Shown piece after piece: positions 11,263-24,420 of a stretch of DNA of 64,000 bases. The notes below the pieces were generated by a model. The model ran no database searches and was not told the DNA's origin. It saw nothing but the letters and a program-made list of their open reading frames with translations. The position numbers and the translations under genes were made by a program. Origin of the DNA: Octopus vulgaris. Lineage: Eukaryota. Location of the stretch: NCBI GenBank assembly GCA_951406725.2, contig OX597820.1:54622001-54686000 (forward strand). Direction: 5' to 3'. Within the stretch, counting starts at the first letter, position 1. Every line of letters starts with the position of its first letter.

Positions 11263-13575
11263 AACAATTTCAAGAGAAAGGCGACGAGTTGGCAAAATCG
11301 TGAGTCCGTCGGATAAAATACTTAGCGGCATTTCTTCCGGCTCTTTACGTTCTGAGTTCAAGTTCCGCCGAGGTCGACTTTACCTTTTATTCTTTCGGGG
11401 TCGATAAAATAAGTGCTGCTTGAGCGCTGGGGCCGATGTAATTGAATTGATCCCTTCCCCTAAAACTGCTGGCCTTGAGCCAAAATTGTAAACCACTATC
11501 TCGAGAAAATTATGTGATTTTCGTCATCAGCTAGCAAAACTACAATAATGTAGAAGTTGTTTTTTTTTAAATCTAATGGTGCGAAGAAATTTGAAAAGAT
11601 GCCACCATTCACGTATAGTATAAGGCATTATTATACTGTTGGCTAATGGTTATGAAATTCACTTCATAATCACGAAGTTCTAGGTTCAGTTCAATAGCGA
11701 GGCATCTTTGGCTCGTATCTTTTAACTGTAGTTTTGAGTGTCCTAAGCCTTATAAGTGAAACTATACATGGAAACTGTACAGAAACCTGTCGAGTGATTA
11801 TACCCATATTTTAAGGAGTCAGTTTTGTCACACAGTTTCACGCTGATTCTGCCCGAGAATTTTCTGAAGGGTAGATGTGTCTGTAGAATTTTTTAACAAT
11901 TTACATGCTACTTCAGCGAGTGGGCAGTTCAGCTGATCAAACAACTGTATACTGATCGTCGAAACTGGCAAAGATCCATTTACTTAGCCATTTCTTTGCG
12001 TGCGTGCGTGTGTGTGTTTATGTGAGTGTGTGCAGAAACGGTATCTAATGTTTTGCGACAGCCTCTTCGTCAGAGAGAGAAATAAGGGGAAAAAGTATTT
12101 ATTCAGAGTCCTACTTCATAATTTTCGATGTGTAAATCTGGAATCACTAACGTAGAGAGCATGTATGTACGTGGTAGCTTGAACAGCAGCAATAGCAGTC
12201 AAAGCTCCACCTAACGAAACCCTAACGTCTTGAAAATGGAAGGACATGTTGGATTATGTAGTCTTAGATACACTATGACTGAGCTAAAACGAGTTGGTAA
12301 GAATGGAATTACTTTGATCAACGTATGGAAACTCGATCAATACAAGTCTAGTGGTGATACACACACACACACACACAAATATGCACACACAGTTTGACGT
12401 CACACAAACTTACTGCCACTATCATCATTATAACTCTCCTCCTTGTCTTTCTCTCAACTTGCGTCTCCCTGTCTCTTAATGAGTGCCTCTATTCCACAGA
12501 GATACAGAGACGGAAGTAGAGAGAGAGAATATGATGGCAACTATTATTATTTTGCTCACTATCTCTTTTGTTTATTAGGAATATGCATATCATTCGAAAT
12601 GTGACGTTACGTAACTGCCAAGAGCCCAAAGGAAAATTAAGTTCCCGTTGATGTTAGTATCCTTCTAAAGTTAACGGGAAGCATAACCTTCAAGGCGGTG
12701 TCCCGTGTAAAATATCATTTACAATCATTCTGCTTTCAGTTACAGATATAAAAAATACTGACGAAGTTTTTGCGAGCTTTTTTTCAATTGGAAAAACCTG
12801 AGAAGCGGGTAATTTTATCGAAAGCATGTGACTACGGGAAACAATGGCTGGGAAAAAAAAAATCAGACGCCTTTGTCTAATCAAATCGTACTGTTACGAA
12901 ATTTCTGAGGTGTTTCCTCAATTCAAACAATGCTAGATTAGTCATCAAATATTTTTCGTAACATGTCCACGCTCTTTTCTTTCAAATTATCCGCCCATCA
13001 ATCGCTTACTTGTTGAACTCGCTTTCATACTAGAACAAAGACGTGAGAGAGTATGTGTAAAATTTGTTCTTAAAGTTGCACATAATAGTATACATATTTA
13101 TGCATTACGGGAATGCATATTATGCATGCATGTGCATATGTGCATATTGAGTATGTATCTTTGTTTTATGTATGTATGTATGTATGTATGTACGTATGTA
13201 GGAAGGTAGGTATCTATGTGTATGTATAACTGTCTGTATATGTACGTATGTGCATATATACATGCGTGTATGTATGTACGAATGTGTGTATGTATCTATG
13301 TGCATATATACATGTATGTATGTATATGTACGTGTATATGTATGTGTCAGTATGTGTATATGCATATGTTATCCAGTTTTATTTCTAAATTTTCTCGCCA
13401 ATGAAGGAAAAACCGGTTTCTAACCCAGAAACAAGATTCGTTCAGTACACACTTATGTATGTATGTATGTATGTATGTATGTATGTATGTATGTATGTAT
13501 GTATGTATGTATGTATGTAGACATATGTATGTGTCCAAGTATGCATGTCATTTCATGTGTGAGTCTGTGTTCTAA

Positions 13576-13632
<57 letters not shown>

Positions 13633-13963
13633 CATACGTATCAATCGCAAGCGAAATTTCTGGAATGTTCAACATAACTTTGCTTAACTAATTAATGGCT
13701 TTCATTGCAATTCCTTTCTACAGAATGCACTGGATACTGTTTTGGGCCAAGACAAAACTGTCTCATAGAACAGCGGACTGTGTAGTACACACTCTGTGCC
13801 CCTCTCCCTTAACGATGAATTGTGATGGATAAATAAAATCTGTGAGAATTTACTTTTTTCTGTTATTTCATTTGGTGCGTATCACACTGGCCTACGGAGT
13901 TTTTAAAGTAAGCTGCTGTCAGCTATGGCTTTGTTAAGCTATACGCAAACAAGCTAACACGCT

Positions 13964-14150
13964 AATGGAGGCGAGAATACATTTATCAAAGGTTTATTAC
14001 TTTACGTACATCGGGACTTAAGTCGCCAGTTACTTCTGTTTAGTTCATTCAGATTCGTTTAACACTTACTGCTGACATTCTTTCGCTGCTAACCAACTTC
14101 CCAGCTAGCCCGCAGCGAAGTTCCTGTTTACAGTTCGTCTGTCATGAATC
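13964..14150 (-). repeat. 3' LTR of the Gypsy element (slightly truncated)
   Basis: Direct repeat of 17017-17232. Confidence 0.85.
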
Positions 14151-17016
14151 CGGTTACAGTCTATCGATGGAGACTATGTGTTGTTGTCCGCCAATTAGGA
14201 GTTGGAATGTTTTAACTCTCGGATTTATGACTTGATATGGACCATCGTAGGGTGACTGGAGGGATTTTCGTCGTGTGTCACGTCGAACGAACACAAAGTT
14301 AGCCGTGCGGAGGTCATCTGGTATGGATGACCTGGGTGTACCGTGTGTTGACATGGGAACAGAGCGCAACTGGCCCACGCTGTTTCTCAGTTGAGCGAGG
14401 TACCTTTTGACATCCGGGTCTGACTTCGTATTCGGAAGGAACTCTCCTGGCACTGTAAGAGAGGTACCGTACACCATTTCCGCGGAAGAAGTGTTGAGAT
14501 TTTCTTTTGGGGCGGTGCGGATTCCCATCATCACCCATGGGAGTTGGTCAATAGAATTTGGCCCATTAAGTCTGGTTGTCAAGGATTCCTTCAGGCGGCA
14601 GTAAAATCTCTCCACTAATCCGTTGGCCTGTGGGTGGTAGGCTGCTGTGTGGTTCATTGTGATTTCAAACAGGTCACACATGTCATTCCATAGCTTTGAG
14701 GTGAATTGTGGACCCCGACTGGATGAGATGCTGTCTGGGACACCGAAACTGGCGACTCAGTTTGCGATGAAGGCTCTGCTGACTTCTTGTGTTTCCATGC
14801 TGCAGAGAAGGATAGCCTCAGGCCAACTGGTGTACCAAGATCAGTAGTTACGAGCAACCCTGTGAAGGTGGTAGGAGGCCGACAAGGTCGATGTTGACAT
14901 AGTTGAATCCAGCCTGAGGTGGTTCATAGTTGCCAAGGGGTGTTTTGGTCTGTTGATGAACCTTGGCTTGTTGACAGGGGATGCAGGTCCTGATCCAGTC
15001 CCCGGTTTGCTTGGCCATACCGTGCCAGATAAATTTGCTTGACAGCAGCTGCTGTGTGGCTTTGGTACATGAGTGGGAAAGTCTGTGAATGACGTCGAAA
15101 ACTTTCTTGCGCCAGGCTGATGGGACGATCGGTCGTGACTTCCCAGTGGATACGTCACACAGTAGGGATGTGCCGTTAGAGCCAAAGTGTACGTCCTGCA
15201 AGGCAAGTGATGTGATGGCAGTGCGGTATGCCCTGATCTTGTCATCTGTCTGTTGAGTTGCAGCCATATCTTCGTAATCCAAGCCTTCCGTTATTGGTGC
15301 TAGGTAGGTGTGAGAGCAGGTAGGAGCACGAGAATCGGCAACTGGGTTGCTCTTGCCGGCTATGTGTTGGATGTCTGTAGTGTACTCAGAAATGGTCGAC
15401 AGCTGTCGTTGCTGACGTGCAGACCAAGGCTCCGCGAGCTTGCTCATAGCAAAGGTGAGTGGTTTGTGATCCGTGAATACTGTAAATATGTGGCCTTCAA
15501 GGAAATAGCGAAAGTGGCGGACACCTAGATGGACAGCCAGTAGTTCCCTGTCAAAAGCACTCTATTTCTGTTCAGGGGGTCATAGTTATCGGCTGAAGAA
15601 AGCGAGCGGTCGCTACTGGCTGATGATATGTTGTTCCAAAATGCCTCAATGGCTGTGTCGGATGCATCACCTGTGAGTGCCGTCTATGTTGACATATGAT
15701 GATGGGACAGCATGGTTGCGTGAGCCAGGGCTTGTTTTGTGGATTCAAAGGCTGAAGTCATTGTACTATCCCACTCTACCTGTCTTTCTGAGCCCTCTTT
15801 CGACAGTGATTTATTTAGGAGTCTCATTACTCTTGCTGCAGAAGGGATGAAGCGATGGTAAAAGTTTACCATGCCCACAAATTAGTGTAGAGCCTTGCTT
15901 GTGATCGGATATGGAAAGGATAGGATAGTTTTCACTTTTCTGGCTGGGATGTAGCGCCGGCACTTGTGATTCGATGTCCCAAGATGTCGATTTCTGTCGC
16001 ACCAAAAACGCACTTGGTGGAGTTGATTACTAAACCATACTGTTCCAGCCTATCAAAAAGAGTCACTAGGTACTTCTTATGTAGCTCCGCGTTTTGGCTT
16101 GCAATAAGGATATCATCTAAGTATGCAAAGACAAAATCGAGACCTCTGCACACAGTGTCCATCAGGTGTTGGAAGGATTGTGCTGCGTTTTTCAATCCAA
16201 AGAGTGTACATAGGAATTCGTACAAACCGAAAGGAGCGATCACAGCGGTTTTCGGTACATCGTCGTCTTGTACTGTATTTGGTGGTATCCCCGGATGAGG
16301 TCAACCTTCGAGAAAACCGAGCACCCGGCTAGCTGGACTAAGAAATCCTGTATGGGTGGAGAGGGGTAGCAGCTAGGTGTCGTATCTGCGTTGAGGCGGC
16401 GGTAATCTCCCCGGGGTCGATAACCTCAGTTGGATTTGGGGGCCACATGCAGGGGTGACGACCAAGGACTGCTTGATCGGCGAACTATGCCCAATGCTTC
16501 CATATTGTCGGACTTGGCCTTCGCGATTGTAAGTTTGGTAATAGACGACGTGCGCGGCTGTACACAGGGGCGGTGGTGGAGGTGTGGTGTGTCACTCTGT
16601 AGAGGGCTGTAGGTTTGGAGAGTGTCGGAGTGGTGAGATTGGGACGACTTACAAGAAGATTCAAGAATTCGTTCTTGGTCTGTGGGACGGTTGCTATGCT
16701 GGGGGGCGGCATGTGTAGATGTTGCAAGAGACACGGAAGCGTATGTGCTGTTGTCGAGGAAAGTCTGCACCGATTATGGGCTGATGGACATCGGCGATGG
16801 TGAATACCCATGTTCATTTTGCGATCCGATGTTGAGAGAAAGGATGTGACGACCGTATGCCTCGATTGTGGACCCGTTGGCGGCTGTTAAAGTTTGGCTC
16901 CGCTTTCCGTGACGGAGATCCACTGCCGACGCCGGAATCACCCTACTTCTGCTCCTGTGTCGATTAGGAACCTGCGTCCGGAGCTCCGATCGCGGACATA
17001 GAAGAGCAAACAAACT

Positions 17017-17242
17017 AGTGGAGACGAGAATACATTTATCAAAGGTTTATTGCTTTACGTACATTGGGGCTTAGGTCGCCAGTTACTTCTGTTTAGTTCA
17101 TTCAGATTCGTTTCACACTCACTGTTGACATTCTTTTGTTGTTCTTCTCTCACCGGAAGTCCCTTTCGCTGCTGACCAACTTCCTAGGCCGCCCGCAGCG
17201 ATGTTCCTGTCTACAGTTCGTCTGTCATGAATCTTGCCCTAC
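17017..17242 (-). repeat. 5' LTR of the Gypsy element
   Basis: Begins TGTAGG on -; contains AATAAA; repeat of 13964-14150. Confidence 0.85.
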
Positions 17243-17764
17243 ACAATACTAATAACCACTACATTCATTACATATACCAGTAACATAGAACTGGTACATA
17301 TGTCTCTGTGTATGCGCGCGTGCGTCTGTGGGATAGAGGTCCTGGCCACCCGTCACTTCGACAAATGAGATTCCAACAAGTCAACAGTACAGTACTCTTT
17401 ACTGGACTTAAGTGCGATGGTGACGGGATTGGTGCTGGTGTTTTAGTTTGTTGAACAACCTGCACAATGAATCATCGATAATGGGGGGAGGGATGGTTTG
17501 TGCAGATCCAGTCCCATTGTCGCATCCTTCGGGCTTGTATTGGTCCTGATTCAGCGAGTGTCACTAGAGCGTCACTAGCCCTGTAGTTATCTGGATGCAG
17601 GATTTGCATGGAGTTATCTTCTCTTAGATGATTAGCTAAAGAGCTGTAGGATCGTGTCTGCCCTGGGTACGTTGAGATTCTGTGAGTAATCCCCTTCTGG
17701 AGATCACTCATTTGTGTGTGTGTGTCTGTGTGTGTGTGACTGAGTGAGTATGTGCGTGCTTGTG

Positions 17765-17872
<108 letters not shown>

Positions 17873-17900
17873 TGTGTCTGTGTAACAAGAGTTCTTTATG

Positions 17901-18995
17901 TATTGGGGTTGTCAACTAAGTTCCCGCCGTTTTATAAAATTTTGGAATTTATAGCGTTTTTTTAATTGGAATCTATTTTTTTCGAAAATTCCTTTTTGAA
18001 TCATTTTGGAATCTATTTTGTTTTGTTTTGTTTTTTTTGTTTTTTTCTGGTTAATTTTAGTTAATTTTTGTTTATTTTTCAGATCATTAAAATGGAATGT
18101 TAACTTAAGAAAAACGAACGTTTTCGACTCCTCCTTTTTGCTTTTAATCAAGGTTCTAAGGTCGCAAAAGCTGCTCGTCACATTTGTGCTATGAATGGAG
18201 AGGGTGCCATAGCTGAAATCACCACTTGTGATTGATATGCCTAGTTCAAAAATGGCAATTTTGACCTCAAAGACGCACCTCGTTCTGGTCGTCCAGTTGA
18301 GTTCGATGAAGAGCGATTAAACCAACTTTTGCACGAAAATTCTCGTCAAATAACAAGGGAAATAGCAGATAAAATGAAATGCCCCCACACTGCTATAGAG
18401 AAACATCTTCACTCGATGGGAAAGGTTCAGAAGTATGGAGCATGGGTTTCGGATGCTTTAAGTGACAACAACAAAAACCAACGAGCCACAGTCTCCGCTG
18501 GTTTGCTTACTCGTCACCGCTCAACTCATGGACACAAGCGATGTTCAACAGATGGAACGACTCAACACGGCTATTCAAGAGAAAAAAACCTAATCGGCAG
18601 CATGGAGTTCTTCTGCTGCATGACAACGCCCCCCTTCATATCGCCAATATGACCAATGAAGCCATTGAAACGCATGGCTGGGAAGTGCTGCCACACTCGC
18701 CGTACTCTCCTGATTTGGCACCAACGGATTCCCACCTCTTCCGATCTCTTTCAAATGCTATATGCGGAGTTTCGTTCAATACTGATGCAGAATTGAGAGC
18801 TTAGTTGGATCAATTTTTCGAGTCGAAATCGGATGATTTCTACCAACGATGTATTGAAAATCTTGTTGAACGTTGGAAAGAAGTTGTAAACAACAAGGGT
18901 GAATACATTACTGATTAATTAGTTGTTATTTTTTATTAAACCTTTTTAAAAATTTTAATTTTTAAAAACGGCGGGAACTTACTTGCCAACCCAAT
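17901..18995 (+). mobile_element. Mariner element with internal deletion and stops
   Basis: TIRs TATTGGGGTTGTCAACTAAGTTCCCGCCGTTTT / AAAACGGCGGGAACTTACTTGCCAACCCAATA; motifs KYGAWV, LLLHDNAPLH, HSPYSPDLAPTDSHLFRSL. Confidence 0.93.
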
Positions 18996-19042
18996 ATTAG
19001 AACATAATTTATGTGTTTCATTAATAGGAAAGGTGTTCATGC

Positions 19043-19245
19043 AATACTCTTTTACTTGTTTCAGTCATTTGACTGCGGCCATGCTGGAGCACCGCCTTTA
19101 GTCGAGCAAGTCGACCCCGGGACTTATTCTTTGTAAGCCCAGTACTTATTCTATCGGTCTCTTTTTGCCGAACCGCTAAGTGACGGGGACGTAAACACAC
19201 CAGCATCGGTTGTCAAGCAATGCTAGGGGGACAAACACAGACACA

Positions 19246-19284
<39 letters not shown>

Positions 19285-19420
19285 ATATATATACATATAT
19301 ACGACAGGCTTCTTTCAGTTTCCGTCTACCACTCACAAGGCATTGGTCGGCCCGGGGCTATAGCAGAACACACTTGCCCAAGATGCCACGCAGTGGGACT
19401 GAACCCGGAACCATGTGGTT
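19043..19420 (-). mobile_element. SINE family A copy (5'-truncated)
   Basis: Reverse complement of 20865-21255. Confidence 0.85.
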
Positions 19421-19583
19421 GAAACTGCGTAATATGACACACAAAAAAAATGTTTGGACTGGTATTTACTTATAAACATTGAAGTGAATGGATGTCTCAG
19501 TGGAGACGTATCGGCGTTATTTGCGTCAGGAGTGCTCATACTCACTGAAAGATCGTTTTTTATAAATTAGAAGTAAACTAAAC

Positions 19584-20003
19584 GGATCTTTTCGGTTTGA
19601 ACGGCAGTTTTTTCTAGCGGTGTCATATGAAATTGTCACCCATAATTATGACCCTAGTATCGATCTATTGCATTTCAATCTGTTTTAGGGTTAGTTAGGG
19701 TTAGGGGTGGGGGGGGAGTGTATCTTTTTTCTTCAGAAATGTAAATAAACCCAATCTGTTTCTTAAACGAGGGACATATTCATACGGCACAATGTTTTCA
19801 CCTCAATAGACGTCATTGATTGGTTGAAATTGCAGAAATTGAAGAAAAAAAAACAACAAATTTCTCACAAACTATAGAATTTTCTCAATAAAGCCAAGAG
19901 AAAAAAATGTTTTATAAACACATTCTACCAGTATACAAAGTTTAAAAGTGTTTAGTTACGTGGAAATTATTTTAAAAAACTGCCGTTCAAACCGAAAAGA
20001 TCC
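19584..20003. mobile_element. MITE with ~29 bp TIRs and 8 bp TSD (Merlin-like)
   Basis: GGATCTTTTCGGTTTGAACGGCAGTTTTT ... AAAAACTGCCGTTCAAACCGAAAAGATCC; perfect TSD AACTAAAC at 19576-19583 and 20004-20011. Confidence 0.9.
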
Positions 20004-20011
20004 AACTAAAC

Positions 20012-20330
20012 TGGTACTCCGTCGGTTACGCCGACGAGAGTTTCAGTTGATCCGGTCAACGGAACAACCTGCTCGTGAAATTAACGAGAATGTGGTTGAA
20101 CACTCCACAGACACATGTTCCCTTAAAGTAGTTCTCAGGTAGATTCAGCATGACATAAAGTGACAAAGCTGGCCCTTTGAAATACAGGTACTACTCATTT
20201 TTTCCAGCTAAGTGAACAGGAGCAACATGAAATAAAGTGTCTTGCTCAAGGACACAACGCGTCGTCGGGAATCGAACTCATGACCTCGCGATCATGAGCC
20301 GAATAGCCTAACCACGAAGCCACGCGCATT
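20012..20330 (-). mobile_element. tRNA-derived SINE family C
   Basis: Reverse complement of the 29775-30075 family (TGTGTCCTTGAGCAAGACACTTTATTTCA core). Confidence 0.8.
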
Positions 20331-20819
20331 CACAGATTGGGAGTATATACAACGCATTAAGGAAGTATGTCAAAGACTGAGGCGATACGTTTCATTGGTT
20401 AGTAGTGAGATGATCATGTACCATTAAAACAGTTTTGTAATGGCTTAGAGTGAATTGGAGAAACGCCCATTACCTTCTGATGACCTACAGAACTAGTTGT
20501 TGGAAAGGAGAAAATTAGCGTGTGACCGGAGATTTTGTCGATTTCTAGCAACAGAATGAACTCCTCTAAATCCTCGAATGGCCAAGTTGTGGATTTAACA
20601 CTTTTGTTAGCATATTTCTGTTGAATTACACTGTCTTTGCTTCAGTTAATCTTTAAAATAACGAAAAATTTAGTTAAATAACTTTGTTATTATTAAACTA
20701 GTGTTTGTAACAAATCTTAATATGATATTTAGATGGAATGTTTTAAATTTAGATCACTTTCACTTTAAAGCAGGAAGTTTTTTATCATAAAATCAAGAGT
20801 GGCTACTTTAAGGGAACAT

Positions 20820-20982
20820 AGGCGCAGGAGTGGCTGTGTGGTAAGTAGCTTGCTAACCAGCCACATGGTTCCGGGTTCAGTCCCACTGCGTGGCATCTTG
20901 GGCAAGTGTCGTCTGCTATAGCCCCGGGCCGACCAATGCCTTGTGAGTGGATTTGGTAGACGGAAACTGAAAGAAGCCTGTC

Positions 20983-21057
<75 letters not shown>

Positions 21058-21270
21058 TGTGTCTGTGTTTGTCCCCCTAGCATTGCTTGACAACCGATGC
21101 TGGTGTGTTTACGTCCCCGTCACTTAGCGGTTCGGCAAAAGAGGCCGATAGAATAAGTACTGGGCTTACAAAGAATAAGTCCCGGGGTCGATTTGCTCGA
21201 CTAAAGGCGGTGCTCCAGCATGGCCGCAGTCAAATGACTGAAACAAGTAAAAAGAGTAAAAAAAGAGTAA
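20820..21270 (+). mobile_element. Full-length SINE family A
   Basis: tRNA-like head with A/B boxes, internal microsatellite and AAAAGAGT tail repeats; more than 12 related copies in the window. Confidence 0.9.
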
Positions 21271-21496
21271 AGAGAGTGGTCTCAGGTGGGTCGCGAGGTT
21301 CAAGTTTACAACTTCGGTAAATATATTACAATCTTGTGAACATATGAAAATGGACAACTGTCTGAAAGATAGCTTTCCTTGCCTAAACTAAAGGAAAAGG
21401 TGGGGAAATGATCCTACAGATTTGAGAGAGGACATAATTATAATTACTTATTATAATGCATATTCATTTCAACTCTTCCGCTTTACGTTACAAGTG

Positions 21497-21644
21497 GAGG
21501 CGCGTGGCTTAGTGGTTAGGGTGTCAGCATCATGATCGTAAGATGGTGGCTTCGATTCCTTGACCGGGCGATGCGTTGTGTTCTTGAGCAAAACACTTCA
21601 TTTCACGTTGCTCCAGTCCATTCAGTTGGCAAAAATGAGTAACG
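21497..21644 (+). mobile_element. SINE family C head/core
   Basis: GGCGCGTGGCTTAGTGGTTAGG...TTCGATTCC...TGTGTTCTTGAGCAA. Confidence 0.8.
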
Positions 21645-21912
21645 CTGCGGGGTCATTCCGGAAAGCTCTATCTGCGACGATTTCATCTCAATCGAAGGAG
21701 AGGGGCTTTCTCCGTCCGGGTTACGAATCCGTGGAATAAGCTGCCGGACGTGATGGTGAAGATGCCGACGACCGCTCGGTTCAAAGTATCTCTTGACCAC
21801 AAGTGGCCTGAACTCTTTACATGAACACCACCCTGTACATAACTCCACGTTCCCCTACATGGCCTTGCTTTTTGCTTTTTGAGCCAAAAAATTAAGTAAC
21901 TAACTAACTAAC
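21645..21912 (+). mobile_element. 3' end of a CR1-type LINE with (TAAC)n tail
   Basis: Translates LRGHSGKLYLRRFHLNRRRGAFSVRVTNPWNKLP...FKVSLD, the typical CR1 ORF2 C-terminus, followed by a short 3'UTR and TAAC repeats. Confidence 0.85.
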
Positions 21913-22259
21913 TGCTACAATTTCATCATAATCAAAATTTTCCCGAAAATGTGACTGTGTTAAAGGAAAAATCGTGTCGTTTTTAAGTATTAAAATATTT
22001 TTTGCTCAATTTTTAGTTTCAATAAGTAATAATACCAACAAAAAAATCCATGATTTTATTCGTGCATATTTATATTGCATAATGAATAAACTGTTTTTGT
22101 AAGTTTTTTTTTTAATATTAAATTATTTTCATAAAATATTTTACTAGAATAGTATCAAAATGGTTTTCTGTTGAATGCCAAGAGCCTTAATATAGTTTAT
22201 TAGGCCAACAAGTCAACAACCTAATCAGTCTGACTTAATATTTCAGAAAACATTTGAAG

Positions 22260-24420
22260 TCATTATGGAACGCAGAGAACGCTATGAAGTTTACAATGGA
22301 AGATACGAGAGGAAAAAAATTGAGCCACATAAGTCGGCCATGATAAAGTAACAAAGTAACAAGACCTCTTTTTCCAAATTAGATAAAGTGATAGAAATTT
22401 GCTTTTTTTTTTTGTTTGTTTTTTTAGAGAAACAATTGGAAAAATCGTCACGACCATTTGCTGAAGTTAAGGAAATCGTCTGCCCGGAGAAAAAGAAACT
22501 ATTTGAGTGTCGCGAGTTGCAGTGTTATTGTTGTTGGCTGGTCTGAGGTTAGGTTTGTTGAATGAAAATTTATTTCTCAGTCTGCGCGAAAAAGTAACTG
22601 ACAACAACGCGAACAATTAGCGGAAGATTTTATTATTGCACATAGAGTTTTAGCCAGAGTTTTGACTGCATTGGTCTTTTACAAACACTAACAGTAATAA
22701 TTACATTCTGAGAGAAACATACTGCCTAGAGTTTACGACACGCTTACTGAAGCAGCAATCTGTGGTAGGCCCATCACAATTGGAAAACAATTGAGCTGTA
22801 TCCGTGGCGATAAAAATTCCTGTCAACCAAAGGCCATCTGTTTTAACCGGCTGGATGTGGCGAGAATAGAATCACAACGCATGGCTACCTCAACATTCTG
22901 TAATTACTGCCAATAAACCACCTTTTACTATAGTGCACAAGAAGTATAGAAATATATAGTGCACAAGAAGAAGATTGAATCATGCAATGGCTTGACGCTT
23001 ATTAGATCGATCACATTGTGATGCTTGACCGGCTACCTAACGGTTCGGTTTCGAATCACCGCTACAAGAGTATTAGCTTCTCAGTAAATACTGTTCCTCG
23101 CCGCATCATTTATTTAGCAAGCAATCCATATCAGCATCTGGATACTACTGCGATAGATTTTGAAAAAAAATGTTCCCCTTGCGCTTGATGTAGACACTTC
23201 TTATTGCGCTGACTTTATCTGCGGAGTTGGCAAAAACTGTAAAGTTACTGACAAATTACAAGATTTACTATCAACGAAAATAACAATAGTAGGGTGAGAC
23301 GTATCTAGTGCTCTGGAAATGTGCATTGAACATACCGGATTGAATTGGTTAAAATTTCGAATCGGTGGCAACAGACAGTGTACCTTCTAATATGTTCTGA
23401 ACGGGTGTGCATAGTTAGACTTCTCTAAAACAAACTGAACAGCCTTGATGTCATCTGTCTCTACTATATATTGTATTATGCATTAAGAGGATCTGTGTGG
23501 AAAGTAGTTCAGGTGAAGAGTGTTATAGCTATAGCTGTGAAAATTGCTAACTTTATTTGAGCACAGGCTCTCAACAACAGACAGTTTACTTCTTTTCAAG
23601 CCACCATTGATAAAGTATTCGAAGAATCATTGCATAATACTGAAGAAAGGTGGCTCAGTCGAAGAATTGTTCTGAATTTTTTTTTTTTTTTTTGTTCAAC
23701 GCAATGAAAGACAATAATGTTCCTGAACTTAGTAATCCCTCTTTCATATCTAATCTGGTGTTCCTCACTATTCTGACAGAAGACTTTAGCACTTTAAACT
23801 TGAGCCTTCATGATCCATAGCAGGTTATTACGATGATGTACGAGTGAATGAGATCGTACAAGCGTAAACTTTCATTGTGGGCAAAACAGCTTGCACTCAG
23901 TAGCCTGATTCCCTCTATAGCTAAGCAGTCATCAGGCAAGGTCGACGCACTGCGCTTGAAAAAATATGCAAATATAATTTGAAATTTGCTAACAGAATTT
24001 GATCGGCGTTTTCAAGACCTTTTAGCGTTAGAAAAGGAAATTATGTTTATTATTACTCCACTGACCATGGACGTCGGTACTACTTCTGAGGAATGTCAAG
24101 TAAAGTTAGTGGAACTTCAGTGTGACACCATACTGAATCAGAAATATGCAATGATTAGAGTTTCAGAGTTCAACAAGTTTTCTTTTTTTCCATGTAACAG
24201 ATTTCCCTGTTTGCCTCGTCTCTGCGAATTATGGTCATATTTAGAAGTACATATGTTTATGGGCAGTTCTTTTCGACAATGAAAACAAATATATCTGCGT
24301 TTGCGGTCAAGACTCAGAGATGAACGTTTGCGATTTATTCTAAGACTTGCAAATTTACATGATTTGAAGCCAAATATAGAATCTCTGTTTGCTGCAAAAT
24401 GTTGCCAAAAATAATTTTCA
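22260..24420 (+). pseudogene. Degenerate hAT (Charlie/SPIN/GTF2IRD2-like) transposase
   Basis: Fragments EFDRRFQDL, VKLVELQCD, FSTMK...RSRLRDE and E.RWLS are recognisable across stops and frameshifts. Confidence 0.75.

Larger units (their letters stand above)
13964..17242 (-). mobile_element. Decayed Ty3/Gypsy LTR retrotransposon with two LTRs, gag deleted
   Basis: Direct repeats 13964-14150 and 17017-17242; on - the order is protease (FLIDTGAEV ~16950-17000), RT (FGLKNAAQSFQ, FAYLDDILIAS), RNase H, integrase (H..SH..C..C; AYHPQANGLVER; GPY); many frameshifts. Confidence 0.95.

Noticed and set aside
20820-20895. tRNA-like sequences at SINE heads
   Set aside because: They have A/B boxes but no complete cloverleaf and continue into SINE bodies, so they are not tRNA genes
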